DNA of 64,000 nucleotides from Candidatus Bathyarchaeota archaeon (GCA_963771885.1 CAVYVF010000023.1:951079-1015078); one strand, 5' to 3'. Counted from the stretch's first letter, positions 32,075 to 44,632 are shown. Numbers and translations: made by a program. The notes: generated by a model not told the origin, from the letters alone.

Positions 32075-32554
32075 TTGACAAGGCAGAGTCTACACGAAAC
32101 AGTCAGAAGGATGAACGCCGAGGTATGCGATCAATGCGGCAAGTGCCCTTCGGCGTGTCCCGTCACAGCCCACATCGAGGGCTTCAATCCCCGCCAGATA
32201 ATCGCAAAGGTCAGCCTTGGCAGGGAGGACGATCTCATGGACTCCGGCGTTATTTGGACATGCACTAGCTGCCTCAAGTGCCGCGAGAGGTGCCCCGAGG
32301 AGATCAGTCCATACGACGTCATCCTCGAACTCCGCCGCGAGGCCATTGCCGAGGGGAGACAGCACCCCGCGAGCTATGACGAGGCGGAGAGGGCAGTCAC
32401 GGAGACAGGCGCCGTCCAGCAGCCTCAGCCCGCGAGGACACGCAACAGGGATAGAAAGGATCGCGAAGCCCTAGGTCTACCGCCCGCGCAGAAGCCGAAA
32501 GACCAGGCAAAGTTTACACAAGCCATCAAGGAACTCAAGGAGGCCGAGAAATGA
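32075..32554 (+). CDS. hdrC: HdrC-like subunit
   Basis: CDQCGKCPSACP and CTSCLKCRERCP. Confidence 0.85.
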   Translation: MTRQSLHETVRRMNAEVCDQCGKCPSACPVTAHIEGFNPRQIIAKVSLGREDDLMDSGVIWTCTSCLKCRERCPEEISPYDVILELRREAIAEGRQHPASYDEAERAVTETGAVQQPQPARTRNRDRKDREALGLPPAQKPKDQAKFTQAIKELKEAEK

Positions 32555-33434
32555 AGGTCGCATTCTTCCCCGGCTGCACCGCGCAGGCGGACCAGATAGG
32601 CTACGAGGCAAGCGTCAGGGTCATTATGCCTAAGCTCGGCGTAGAGCTCGCCGAGATGGAAGGCGCCGCCTGCTGTGGTTACCCTCCATACAGCAGTGTC
32701 AGCGAGGCTGCGTGGTTCTACTCCAGCGCACGCGATATGGCGATCGCTGAGGGCATGGGGCTACCCCTATTCACCCTCTGCAACGGTTGCCATCTCAGCT
32801 TCACCGAGACTAAGCACGCACTAGCCAAAGACGCCCCCCTCAAAGTCGAAGATCAACGAAAAGCTCGCACGCGAGGGCTTCCACTATGAAGGCAAAGCTG
32901 AGCTTCTCCACATCTTCGAGCTCCTCCACGACAGACTTGGGAAGGAGAAGATCACCGCGGCGGTCACCAAGCCATTGACAGGATTCAGGTTTGGCGCACA
33001 CCCCGGTTGTCACAGCATACGCCCCAGCCGCCTCGGCCGCCCAGATGACGCCGAGAACCCCGTCAAGCTCGACGACCTCATCAACTGGATCGGCGCACAG
33101 GCCGTCGACTATCCCGGGAAGATCGACTGCTGCGGCTCAAGCCTCGCGTCGGCAAGCGGTAAGACCGTCATGGAGATCGCGGGGGATAAACTCAAAACCG
33201 TCAAAGGCACTCGGCCTCGACGGCCTCGTCACGACCTGCCCCTTCTGCTTCAAAGTCTACGACAACAGGCAGAGGGCAATCGCGTCAACGATCGGAGACA
33301 GGACCCTAGAGGTCCCAGTCTTCTACTACACCCAGCTCCTCGGCCTCGCCATGGGGCTCAAACAGGAGCAGCTGGGCCTCGAACTCAACCAGAGCCCCAT
33401 CGACCCGGTGCTCGCACGAATAGGAGGAGCTTAA
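32551..33434 (+). CDS. hdrB: HdrB-like subunit, frameshifts near 32843 and 33205
   Basis: FFPGC..CCG..CNGC, HPGCH..CCG..CPFC, YTQLLGLAMG. Confidence 0.85.
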
Positions 33435-33435
33435 G

Positions 33436-34743
33436 TTGAAGCCAGTTCTAGTCATAGGTGGCGGAATCGCCGGAATACAGGCGTCGCTCGACCTCGCCGA
33501 CAGGGGGACGAAGGTCCACCTCGTGGAGCGCACCCCGAGCATCGGCGGCGTCATGGCGCAACTCGACAAGACCTTCCCAACGATGGACTGCAGCATCTGC
33601 ATCCTCGCCCCAAAGATGATTGAGTGTTACAGGCACCCGAACATCACCATCCATACTCAGAGTGAGGTCATAGGGTTGGAGGGGTCAGTCGGCGACTTTA
33701 AGATCAAGGTCCTAGAGCACCCACGCAGCGTAGACTCCTCGAAGTGCACGGGCTGCGGACTATGCTCCGAGAAGTGTCCGGTGAAGAAGCCGAGCGTATT
33801 CCAGGCGGGCCTCGGGCAGCGCAAAGCCATCTACCTCGCCTTCCCGCAGGCAGTCCCACTTATAGCAACAATCGACCGCGAAGCATGCCTCTGGTTCACC
33901 AAGGGTATCTGCAAGACCTGCGAGAAGGTCTGCCCCGCAAAGGCCGTGGACTACGAGCAGAAGGAGAACATCGTCGAGCTGAACGTCTCCAGCGTCATCG
34001 CCGCGACCGGCTTCGAGCAGTACAATCCAAAGGACATCGGCGAGTATGGCTACGGGCGATACAAGAACGTGCTCACAGCGCTTGAGTTCGAGCGCCTCGT
34101 CTGCGCCTCAGGCCCAACCGGCGGCGTCCTCAATCGCCCCAGTGACGGAAAGGTGAGCCACAACATCGCATTCATCCAGTGCGTAGGTAGCAGGACGCAG
34201 ACGACTGGTTACCCCTACTGCAGTGCAAGCTGCTGCATGTACGCTACTAAGGAGGCGGTACTCATCAAGGAGCATGAGCCCAGCAGCCACGTAACCATAT
34301 TCTATATGGACCTCCGCACATTCGGCAAAGGATTCCAGGGTTTCGTCGACCGCGCCCAGAGCCACTGGGGAGTCAACTACATCAGGGGACGCCCAGGCGA
34401 GATCAGGGAGGACCCAATCACAAAGGACCTCACCATCCTCTACGAGAACACCGAGGTAGGCAAGGTCGAGCAGATGAAGGTCGACCTCGTCGTCCTTTGC
34501 ACTGCCGCGGTGCCCCACAGGGACAATAGAAAGCTCGGAAGCGTCCTCGGCGTAAAGCTCGACGAGTTCGGATTCTTCGAGGACAAGGACATGCTCACCG
34601 CTCCAGTGGAGTCGAGCAAGCCTGGGATCTACGTCTGCGGCAGCTGCCACGGACCCCGGGACATACCCGAGTCCGTCGCCGAGGCTAGCGCCACCGCGGC
34701 CAAGGCTGCGGAGGACGCCGTGCGCGCGGAGGTGAAGCAGTGA
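33436..34743 (+). CDS. hdrA: HdrA-like flavoprotein, part 1 (FAD domain with ferredoxin insert)
   Basis: IGGGIAG, LDKTFPTMDCSIC, LEFERL, CVGSR, CCMYATK. Confidence 0.9.
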   Translation: MKPVLVIGGGIAGIQASLDLADRGTKVHLVERTPSIGGVMAQLDKTFPTMDCSICILAPKMIECYRHPNITIHTQSEVIGLEGSVGDFKIKVLEHPRSVDSSKCTGCGLCSEKCPVKKPSVFQAGLGQRKAIYLAFPQAVPLIATIDREACLWFTKGICKTCEKVCPAKAVDYEQKENIVELNVSSVIAATGFEQYNPKDIGEYGYGRYKNVLTALEFERLVCASGPTGGVLNRPSDGKVSHNIAFIQCVGSRTQTTGYPYCSASCCMYATKEAVLIKEHEPSSHVTIFYMDLRTFGKGFQGFVDRAQSHWGVNYIRGRPGEIREDPITKDLTILYENTEVGKVEQMKVDLVVLCTAAVPHRDNRKLGSVLGVKLDEFGFFEDKDMLTAPVESSKPGIYVCGSCHGPRDIPESVAEASATAAKAAEDAVRAEVKQ

Positions 34744-36411
34744 TGGCTCCCCGCATAGGCGTCTTCGTCTGCCGCTGCGGCATCAACATCGGCGCATACG
34801 TCGACGTCCCCAAGGTCGTTGAGTACGCAAAGACTCTCCCCGGCGTCGCATATGCGGAGGAGAACATGTACACCTGCAGCAGTGATGGCCTCAATAAGAT
34901 CAAGGAGGCCATCAAGAAGCACAGCCTCGAAGGAGTAGTCGTCGCCTCGTGCACGCCTCGCACACACGAGCCTCTCTTCCAAGCCACATGTGAGGAGGCG
35001 GGCGTCAATAAGTACCTCTTCGAGATGGCGAACATACGCGACCAGTGCAGCTGGGTTCACATGAAGGAGCCCGAGAAGGCAACGGAGAAGGCTAAGGACA
35101 TCGTCAGGATGGCGGTCGCCAAAGCCGCGCTCCTAGAGCCCGGAGAGGAGCCCGAAATAGATGTCAATCCGAGCTACACTCGTCATCGGTGGAGGCGTCG
35201 CCGGTATGCGTGCAGCCCTCAGCCTCGCAGAGCAGGGATTCACTGTCACTATAGTTGAGAAGCAGAAGCAGCTCGGCGGTATGCTTAGGACATTCGATAC
35301 CCTCTTCCCACACAACCAGAAGGCGTCAGATGTCCTCGAGCCACTAGTCAAACAGGTCAAAGGCAACCCGCGGATACGCGTCCTCACAGATTCGAAGGTG
35401 TCCAGCGTCTACGGCTTCATCGGCAACTTCGACATAGGGGTCGAGTCCGCGGGGAAGGAAGAGAAGTTCAACGTCGGCACGATAATAGTAGCCGTCGGCG
35501 CTGAGGCACTCGAGCCGAAGGGTCTCTACCTCTACGGCGAGGACCCGCGCGTCGTTACGCAGGCACAGCTCGAGGAGCTTGTAAAGGTGGGCAGGCGTCG
35601 ACGCTAAGAGGATCGTGATGATCCAGTGCGTCGGCTCCCGCAACGAGGAGCGCCCATATTGCAGCCGCATCTGCTGCAACGAGGCGCTCAAGAACGCCCT
35701 AAACATCGCACCCGGGGAGGGAGGTCTACGTCCTCTACCGCGACCTCCAGACCTACGGCATCCAGTACTCGAAGCTGGAGCAGGAGACGAAGAGGAAAGG
35801 CGTCAGGTTCCTCAAGTATCAGGCGGAGAAGCCGCCGAAGGTCACCGCCGAGGCGGATGCGCTCAACGTCAGCATTCTACAGCCCAACCGTCAACGAGGA
35901 GATGACACTCAAGGCGGACCTCCTCGTCCTCAGCACACCCCTAGTCCCAGTCACGGACGCGAAGGAGCTAAGCCAGATGCTAAAGGTGCCGCTCGACTCG
36001 AACGGCTTCTTCATGGAGGCACACGTTAAGCTGCGCCCCATAGACTTCGCCACGGACGGCATCTTCGTCTGCGGGACGGCACACAGCCCGAAGGACATCG
36101 GTGAGAGCGTTGCTCAGGCGCTCGGCGTCGCGAGCAGGGCGTCCATACCCATGGCGAAGAAGAGGGTACGGACAGCAGCCATCATGAGTCAGGTGGACCA
36201 GACGCGGTGCAGCGGCTGCGGCACATGCATAGACGTCTGCCCATACAACGCCCTCCGCAAGAACGAGAAGGGTCTCGCTGAGACCATCGCCGCCGTATGT
36301 AAGGGCTGCGGAGTCTGCGGTGCAACATGCCCCGAGAAGGCGATAACTATGCACCACTTCACAGACGAGCAGATACAGGCACAGGGCCTAGCCGCCCTCA
36401 AGGAGGACTAA
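34740..36411 (+). CDS. hdrA: HdrA-like flavoprotein, part 2 (N-terminal-type domain + FAD domain + ferredoxin), about four frameshifts
   Basis: [67 protein letters not shown]-like GGAGGTGA upstream. Confidence 0.85.
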
Positions 36412-36413
36412 AC

Positions 36414-37183
36414 ATGAGCACATTCGAGCCAAATATAGTCGGCTTCCTCTGCAACTGGTGCAGCTACGCCGGCGCCGACCTCGCGGGGGTCAGCCGGATC
36501 CAGTATCCAACAAACATGCGCGTCATCAAGGTCATGTGCAGCGGCCGCGTTGAGCCAGGGATGGTCCTCGAGCTTACTCGAGGCGGGCGCGGACGGCGTC
36601 ATGGTCACCGGATGCCACATAGGAGACTGCCACTACATCACCGGTAACCTCCACACGAAGCGAAAGTACACACTACTCCAGAAGCTGCTCGCAAAGACGG
36701 GACTAGAGCCCCAGCGCATACAGGCTTGAGTGGAACAGCGCCGCAGAGGGGCAACACTTCGCAAACCTCGTCAAGGAGTTCACCGAGCAGGTGCGCGCTG
36801 TAGGCCCAACTCCACTCAAAGCGCCGACACCTGACGTGGCGAAGCTACTCAATATCCGTGCTGCTAAAGCAGCCGCGGACGGCTTCAGGCTCCGTGCCCT
36901 AGTCGGAAAGGAGGAGAAGCTCGTCACAGAGGGCAACGTCTACGGCGACAAAGTCGCGCAGAACGAGTTCACAAAGGCGATGGACGAGGCCGTCGAGACG
37001 GAGTTCCAGATTCACCGAATACACATCATGCTACAGGAGAGGCCCAGATCCGTGAAGGACATGGCACGCAAATCGGGCTCACGCCGAAGGCGGTGCTAGG
37101 CTACGTAGTCGCCCTTAGGCAGACGGGGGTGGGTCGACGTAAAGGAGGCCGTGGAGGGTACGCCCCTCTACGCGGCGCAGTGA
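36414..37183 (+). CDS. mvhD: MvhD [2Fe-2S] subunit with C-terminal extension ending in a winged-helix-like domain; several frameshifts
   Basis: [28 protein letters not shown]; tail [29 protein letters not shown]. Confidence 0.8.
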
Positions 37184-37195
37184 GGCTGATCAATC

Positions 37196-40100
37196 ATGGA
37201 AAAGACAGGCAGCGTACTGGTCGTCGGCGGAGGAATAGCGGGTATACAGGCTGCCCTCGACCTCGCCGACAGTGGGTTCAAGGTCTACATGGTGGAGAGG
37301 GAGCCGAGCATCGGCGGCGTGATGACGCAGCTCGACAAGACGTTCCCCACGAACGACTGCGCCATGTGCATACTCGCCCCCAAACTAGTCGGCGCGGGTC
37401 GCCACCCAAACATTAAACTCCTCACCTACAGCGAGGTCAAGTCCCTCGAGGGGGAGGAGGGCAATTTCACCGCCACCATCCTCAAGAAGGCGCGCCGAGT
37501 CGACCCCGCCAAGTGTAAGGGCTGCGGCGACTGCGCCGCAAAGTGCCCCGCATCCGCCATAGACACCTATAACGCCGATCTCAACGACCGGAAGGCGGTC
37601 TACATTCGCTTCAGCCAAGCCGTCCCACTCACATACGCGATTGACAAGGACAAGTGCCTCGGCTGCGGGATCTGCAGCGAGGTCTGCAAGGCCGACGCCA
37701 TCAAATACGATGATGTCGACGAGGAGCTGAAGCTCAACGTCGGTTCTGTCATTCTCGCCCCCGGCTTCGAGGCATTCGACCCGAGCAAACTCTCGGAGCT
37801 CGGCTACGGCAGGTACCCGAACGTTGTGAGTAGCGTCGAGTTCGAGCGCATACTCAGCGCCACAGGGCCATACAGCGGCGTCGTTCTCCGCCCAAGCGAC
37901 GGAGACATGCCGAAGAGGGTCGCGTTCCTCCAATGCGTCGGCAGCCGAGACGCCCGCGTGGGCAACCCATACTGCAGCGGCGTCTGCTGCATGTACGCCA
38001 TAAAGGAGGCGGTCATTGCCCAGGAGCACAACCCTGGCCTCGAGGCGAGCGTCTTCTTCATGGATATACGCGCCTTCGGTAAGGAGTTCGACGACTACTA
38101 TACGCGAGCCGAGCACGAGCACGGCATCAAGTTCATAAGGAGCAGAGTAGGGCACGTCGAGCAGGACCCCGAGTCGGCTGGCCTCTACCTCACCTACGAG
38201 GAGGGTGGCGACGTCAAGCGTGACCGCTACGATATGGTGGTCCTCGGCGTCGGCCTTAACCCGCCGAAAGGCGCCGAGCAGCTCAGCAAAGCGATGGGAT
38301 TCACACTAAACAAGTACGGCTTCGCCGAGACCAAGCTCTTCAGCCCACTCGAGACGAGCAGGAAAGGAGTCTACGTCTGCGGGGCTTTCAGCAGCCCTAA
38401 GGACATCCCTGACAGCGTCGCGCAAGCAAGTGGCGCAGCCGCTAAGGCGGCAAAAGCAATCTCAAGCGTCCGGGGGACGCAGATCAAACCCGTCGAGTTC
38501 CCAGTGGAGCGTGACGTCGCTAACGAGGATCCTCGCGTCGGTGTCTTCGTCTGCTGGTGTGGAATAAACATCGGTGGAGTAGTTAACGTTCCCAGCGTCG
38601 CCGAGTACGCGAAGAAGCTCCCTAACGTCGCCTACGCCGAGGAGAACCTCTACACCTGCAGCCAGGACACACAGGATAGGATTAAAGAACACTATAATCG
38701 AGCACAAGCTCAACCGCGTCGTCGTCGCTTCATGCACGCCTCGCACACACGAGCCTCTTTTTAGGGCCACTCTACGCGAGGCGGGGCTTAACGAGTACCT
38801 CTTCGAGATGGCGAACATACGCGACCAGTGCAGCTGGGTGCACATGCACGAGAGGGAGGCCGCTACTAGGAAGGCGGAGGACCTAGTCAGGATGGCCGTC
38901 GCTAAGGCGAGCCTCCTCCAACCTCTGGAGAAGCATAAGATACACGTCACCCCCGGCGCATTAGTCGTCGGCGGAGGCGTCAGTGGCATGACCGCCGCCT
39001 TAGAGATAGCAGACCAGGGCTTCGAGGTCCACCTCGTCGAGAAGGAGGAGGAGCTCGGAGGCAACATGAAGAGGATTAAGTTCCTCCCCTCTGGTGAGGA
39101 CCCCGCCGCGGAGCTAGCGAAGCTAGAGGCGCGAGTCAAGACCAACCCAAAGATCAGTCTCTACACCGGCACTCAGGTGGCGGAGGTCGACGGATACGTC
39201 GGCAACTTCGAGACCACCCTAGCAAGCCCAACGAAGGAGACGCAGATTAAGCACGGCGTCGTCGTCGTCGCCACGGGCGGCGTCGAGTACACGCCTAAGG
39301 AGTACGCCTACGGAAAGACACCCCGACGTCATGACCCAGTTCCAGCTAGAGGAGAAGCTCCACGCACGGCTACAAGCCCGACACTGTGGTGATGATCCAA
39401 TGTGTGGGCAGCCGTAACGAGGAGCACCCGAACTGCAGCCGTGTCTGTTGCACTGGCGCCGTCAACAACGCCTTAAAGGTCAAGGAGGTGAACCCACGCG
39501 GCCGACGTCTACATACTCTACAAGGACATGAGGACATACGGATTCAAGGAGGACTACTACCGCGCAGCGGCGGACAGGGGCGTCGTCTTCATCAGGTATG
39601 ATGACGAGCACAAGCCCGAGGTCACAGCTGAGGGCGGGCTGAAGGTCAGAGTCCTTGACCCTGTACTCAATGAGAACGTGGTTATCGAGCCCGACGCCTT
39701 CGTCCTCAGCGCGGGCGTGCTGCCTGCCGCCGATAACAAGCGCCTAGCTGGGATGCTCAAGGTCCCCATAAGCAAGGATGGATTCTTCCTCGAGGCGCAC
39801 ATGAAGTTGCGCCCGCTTGACTTCGCGACGGAGGGTGTCTACCTCTGCGGGTTGGCACACGGCCCGAAGACCATCGATGAGTGCATAAGCCAGGCGTGTG
39901 GAGCAGCGTCGAGGGCGCTGACGATCCTGAGCCACGACGAGATCGAGGCAGAGGGAGCAATCGCCAGTCGTAGACGAGGACGCCTGCAGTGGATGCCAGA
40001 TGTGCGCCGCTGTTTGCGAGTTCAAGGCGATAGAGATGGTGAAGAAGGGTGACAAGACCCACAGTCACGTCATCTCCGAGGTCTGCAAGGGTTGCGGAGT

Positions 40101-40200
40101 CTGCGCGGCGACATGCCCGAGCGGGGCGATCACGGTTGGTCACTTCACCGACCAGGAGATACTTAGCCAGGTCAAGGCAGCACTGGAGGCGAGACGATGA
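37196..40200 (+). CDS. hdrA: Tandem (double-FAD) HdrA, about five frameshifts
   Basis: Same domain order as 33436-36411 but fused: [59 protein letters not shown]. Confidence 0.88.
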
Positions 40201-40629
40201 GCGAATACGAGCCAAAGCTCGTCGGCTTCCTCTGCAACTGGTGCAGCTACGCCGGCGCCGACCTCGCGGGGGTGAGCAGGTTCCAGTACCCGACCAACCT
40301 GCGCGTAATACGCGTCATGTGCAGCGGCAGGGTACACCCCGCCCACATTCTTGAGGCTTTCAAGGACGGCGCTGACGGCGTACTAGTCGCCGGGTGCCAC
40401 ATCCCGACGGACTGCCACTACATCTCGGGCAACTTCAAGGCGCAGCGCCGAGTCGCCATGGTCAAGAAACTCATGGAGCAGCTCGGTATAGAGCCCGAGC
40501 GCCTCCGCCTAGAGTGGATAAGCGCAGCGGAAGGCGACAAGTTCGCAAAGACGATACGCGAGATGACGGAGGACTCTGAAGAAGCTGGGCCCGAGCCCCG
40601 TGGCGAAGGTCCTCAAGGAGGCCAACTGA
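40197..40629 (+). CDS. mvhD: MvhD [2Fe-2S] subunit, frameshift near 40575
   Basis: [39 protein letters not shown]. Confidence 0.92.
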
Positions 40630-40630
40630 C

Positions 40631-41143
40631 ATGGCACAAACAGAGATCAGGATCACAACCGAGGGCAAGGAGTTCCGCAACGAGGTCATGGCGACCCACG
40701 GCGCGGACAAGCTCATGCACTGCTACCAGTGCGGCACATGTACCAGCGACTGCCCCGTCGCCAAGCGCGTCCCTGAGTTCCGCCCACGAAACATCGCCCG
40801 CCTTGCCATTTACGGTCAGAAGGATCGCCTCCTAGACGGAGACCTCGTCTGGCTCTGCGCTGGTTGCTACACATGCTACGAGAGGTGCCCACAGAAGGTC
40901 CACGTCAGCGAGATAGTAAGCGCCCTCAGGCAACTCGCTCTCAGGGAGGGTAAGATACACCCTACAATCAAGTCCATAGTCACAACAATCCCCAAGCATG
41001 GCTACATCAGCGAGATCGGGGAGTTCGAGAACGAGATGCGCGGCGAGGACGGGCTACCACCTGCGCCCACACCCGCAACTGAGGAGATCAAGGCTATTAT
41101 GAATAAGACCGGCATTCTCGGCCGCGTCGGAGGCGAGAAGTGA
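40631..41143 (+). CDS. hdrC: HdrC-like subunit
   Basis: CYQCGTCTSDCP and CAGCYTCYERCP. Confidence 0.9.
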   Translation: MAQTEIRITTEGKEFRNEVMATHGADKLMHCYQCGTCTSDCPVAKRVPEFRPRNIARLAIYGQKDRLLDGDLVWLCAGCYTCYERCPQKVHVSEIVSALRQLALREGKIHPTIKSIVTTIPKHGYISEIGEFENEMRGEDGLPPAPTPATEEIKAIMNKTGILGRVGGEK

Positions 41144-42004
41144 TGAAGTACGCATTCTTCGTCGGTTGCACAGTGCTAAGCAGGCTCCCTGGCTATGAGA
41201 AATCTGCCCGGAAGGTAGCGGAGAAGCTGGGGGTCGAGCTCGTCGACATGCCCGGCTCAAGCTGCTGCGGTACAACCTACATGGAGACACTCGACAGGAA
41301 GACAGCCCTCGCCCTCGCCGCCCGCAACATTGCAATCGCGGAGGAGATGGGTCTCGACATCGTCACGGTCTGTAACGGCTGCACCGAGAACCTCACCAAG
41401 ACTAATAAGGCCCTCAAGGAGGACCCCGCGCTCCTCGCCGAGGTTAACGAGATACTCAAGGAGACCGGCAAACAGTTCAAGGGCACCGTCAAGGTCAAGC
41501 ACTATGTCCGGATGCTCAAGGAGGACGTCGGCCTTGACAAGGTTAAGGCGGCGAGCGTAAAGCCCTTCAAAGGGCTCAAGGTCGGCGCCCACTACGGGTG
41601 TCACCTCCTCAAGCCGAGCGACGAGATGCTCTTCGAGGACCCCAACGACCCCAAGGTGCTCGACGATCTCGATCGACGCAACCGGGGCGGAGAGCGTCGA
41701 CTACCCGAGTAAGACCGAGTGCTGCGCCGGTCCAGTGATGGGCATCCGTGAGAAAGTTACCTGGGATGTCGGCATGGATAAGGTCCAGACATTGAAGAAG
41801 TACGCTGATGCAATGGCAACCTGCTGCCCCTTCTGCTACATAACATACGAGAGGTGCCAGTTCATGACCGAGACCAACCCTAACCTACCCGTCGTACACA
41901 TCCCCCAGTTGCTCGGCCTAGCGATGGGCCTCACAGCCGACGAGGTCGGCCTCAGCACTAACAAGGTGGACGCCAGCTCCCTGCTGGCGAAGCAGGAGGC
42001 ATAA
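41140..42004 (+). CDS. hdrB: HdrB-like subunit, frameshift near 41670
   Basis: FFVGC..CCG..CNGC, HYGCH, ECCAG, CPFC, QLLGLAMG. Confidence 0.88.
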
Positions 42005-42006
42005 AC

Positions 42007-42976
42007 ATGGAGAAGCTCAAGTTCGGCTTCTACTGGGCCGCGAGCTGTGGAGGATGCGAGATCGCTGTCCTAGACGTCGATGAGAAGATTCTCGACGTCC
42101 TGCAGATAGCGGACGTCGTCTTCTGGCCCGTCGCCATGGACGTAAAGTACAAGGACGTGGAGGCGATGGCGGATGGCTACATGGACGTCTGCTTCTTCAA
42201 CGGCGGCATACGCAACTCAGAGCAGGAGCATCTAGCGAAGCTACTCCGTAAGAAGGCGAAGTATATGGTCGCCTTCGGCGCTTGCGCCCAGCTAGGCGGT
42301 GTTCCCGGCCTCGCCAACCTCAGTAACCCCAAGGACATCTTCGAGAGGGTCTACCATACGACTGAGTCGACGGACAACGAGGCTGGGACGGAGCCGCAGG
42401 TGAAGCACACCCTCCCCGAGGGAAGCTCTGAGATATCCTGTCTTCCAAGCGTCCGTGAGACCCCTCGACCAAGTCATCGCTGTCGACTACTACCTCCCCG
42501 GCTGCCCGCCGCCACCCAAACTCATCTTCAACGCCATCGACGCCATCGCAAAGGGGCAACTACCCCCAAAAGGCAGCATACTCGCACCCGAGCTCGCCGT
42601 CTGTGATGAGTGCCCACGTAAGAAGGAGGAGAAAAAGGTCGCACACATCAAGAGGGTGATCGACTTCACCCCCGAGCCAGAGAAGTGCCTGCTCGAGCAG
42701 GGGCTAGTCTGCATGGGGCCGGCGACGCGTGGCGGCTGCGATGCAAAGTGCCTCGGCGCCAACATGCCGTGCACAGGCTGCGGAGGCGCGTGCCCCGGAG
42801 CCATTGAACAAGGATCAGCGATGATCAGTGCACTCTCGACAGTTCTCGGGTTAGCCGGCGAGAAGGGGGAGGAATACGACGTCGACGCGGTCATGGCGCA
42901 GCTGAAGGATCCCGTAGGAACCTTCTACAAGTACGCGCTTCCCGCCTCCATAATCGGCAGGAGGGTAAAGAAATGA
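42007..42976 (+). CDS. mvhG: [NiFe]-hydrogenase small subunit (MvhG), frameshift near 42430
   Basis: ASCGGCE, FGACAQLGGVPG, LPGCPP, CLLEQG..CMGPATRGGC...CTGC. Confidence 0.92.
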
Positions 42977-44428
42977 AGACCATAACCATCGACCCCATCA
43001 CGCGGCTTGAGGGCCACGGCAAGATCAGCATCTTCCTAAACGACGCGGGCAACGTGGAGAACGCGTACCTTCAGATCCCGGAGCTCCGCGGCTTCGAGAA
43101 GTTCTGCGAGGGGCGCCGCGCTGAGGACATGCCCATCATCACGCCCCGCATCTGCGGGGTCTGCCCCGTCGCCCACCACTTCGCTGCCACGAAGGCGCTT
43201 GATGCCTGCTTCGGCGTCGAGCCCACCGAGACGGCGAAGAAGCTCCGTGAGCTCATGTACGTCGGCTACTACGTCTACGACCACACCCTCCACTTCTACT
43301 TCCTCGGTGGACCCGACTTCGTCGTCGGCCCCGACGCACCCGCCTCGGAGCGTAACATCTTCGGCGTCCTCAAGCGCGTCGGCCTCGACGTGGGTAGGGA
43401 GGTCATAAAACACCGCGCCTACGGGCAGAGGATCACCGAGATCATCGGCGGTAAGGCGACCCACCCAACATGCGGTGTCCCCGGAGGCATAAGCAAGGGA
43501 CTTAACGAGGAGGAGCGCCAGAAGATTGAGGAGATGGCGCGCAGCAGCGTCGAGTTCGCCAAATTCACCCTCGGCGTCTTCAACGACATCGTCCTCAAGA
43601 ACAAGCAGTACGTCGACATGATACTAAGTGACCCCTACCGCCTCGACGCCTACAATATGGGCCTCGTCGACGCGAACAACCACGTCAACTTCTACGACGG
43701 CGACGTACGCGTAACTGACCAGAAGGGGAAGGAGTTCGACCGCTTTAAGGGTGGGGACTACCTCGACCACATAGCCGAGCGCGTCGAGCCGTGGACATAC
43801 AGCAAGTTCACCTACCTGAAGAAGGTGGGGTGGAAGGGGCTCACTGCTGGTCCGGAGAGCGGTGTCTACCGCGTCGGCCCGCTTGGGAGGCTCAACGCAT
43901 CGGAGGGCATGGCGACGCCCCTCGCCAACGCCGAGTACAAGCGCATGTACGAGACACTTGGTGGTAAACCCGTCCAGTCGACGCTCGCCTTCCACTGGGC
44001 ACGCCTTGTGGAGCTCCTCTACGCGGCTGAGCGCGCCGTCGAACTAAGCACTGACCCATCCGATCACCAACACCGATCTACGCAACCCCGTTGGTAAGCC
44101 CGGCGAGGGCGTGGGTGTAGTCGAGGCAGCCCGCGGCACACTCTTCCACCACTACAAGCTCGACGAGGAGGCTATGGTCAAGAAGGCCAACCTCATCGTC
44201 GCGACAACAAACAACTACGCCGACATCTGTTGTAGCGTACGGGATGCCGCCAAGGGTCTTATCAAGAACGGTGAGGTCACGGACGGCCTCCTCAACAAGG
44301 TCGAGATGGCGTTCCGCGCATACGATCCCTGCTTCGGATGTAGCACACACACCCTACCCGGCGAGGGGCCGTTAACCGTGGAAATAGTGGATTCGACTGG
44401 AAGAGTCATGAAAAGGCTCTCCCGGTAA
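42973..44428 (+). CDS. mvhA: [NiFe]-hydrogenase large subunit (group 3c, MvhA), frameshift near 44060
   Basis: TRLEGH, RGFEKF, L1 RICGVC, EAARG, L2 YDPCFGCSTH plus cleavable tail. Confidence 0.93.
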
Positions 44429-44632
44429 TTACTCTTCTTTCTCATCCCAGAGGAACAGCTCGTCTATCGACGCCCCGAGGGAGACCGCCACGTCGTGGGC
44501 GAGCTTGAGGGAGGGATTGTATTTTCCCTTCTCGAGGAAGACTATCGTCTCCCTGCGGACGCCAACCTTCTGGGCGAGGTCCGCCTGCGTCATGTCATGA
44601 CGTGCCCTGTACTCCTTTATTCGCGTCCTCAT
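44429..44632 (-). CDS. XRE-family HTH regulator
   Basis: [32 protein letters not shown]. Confidence 0.92.
   Translation of the reverse strand: MRTRIKEYRARHDMTQADLAQKVGVRRETIVFLEKGKYNPSLKLAHDVAVSLGASIDELFLWDEKEE

Noticed and set aside
19854..44428. Methanogenesis or methane oxidation inferred from Hdr/Mvh
   Set aside because: No mcr, mtr or CoM/CoB genes in the window; Hdr-Mvh is common in non-methanogens
23521..44428. Selenocysteine in HdrA, MvhD or MvhA
   Set aside because: Relevant ligands are Cys codons (e.g. DPCFGC); the TGAs seen are true stops or out-of-frame products of indels
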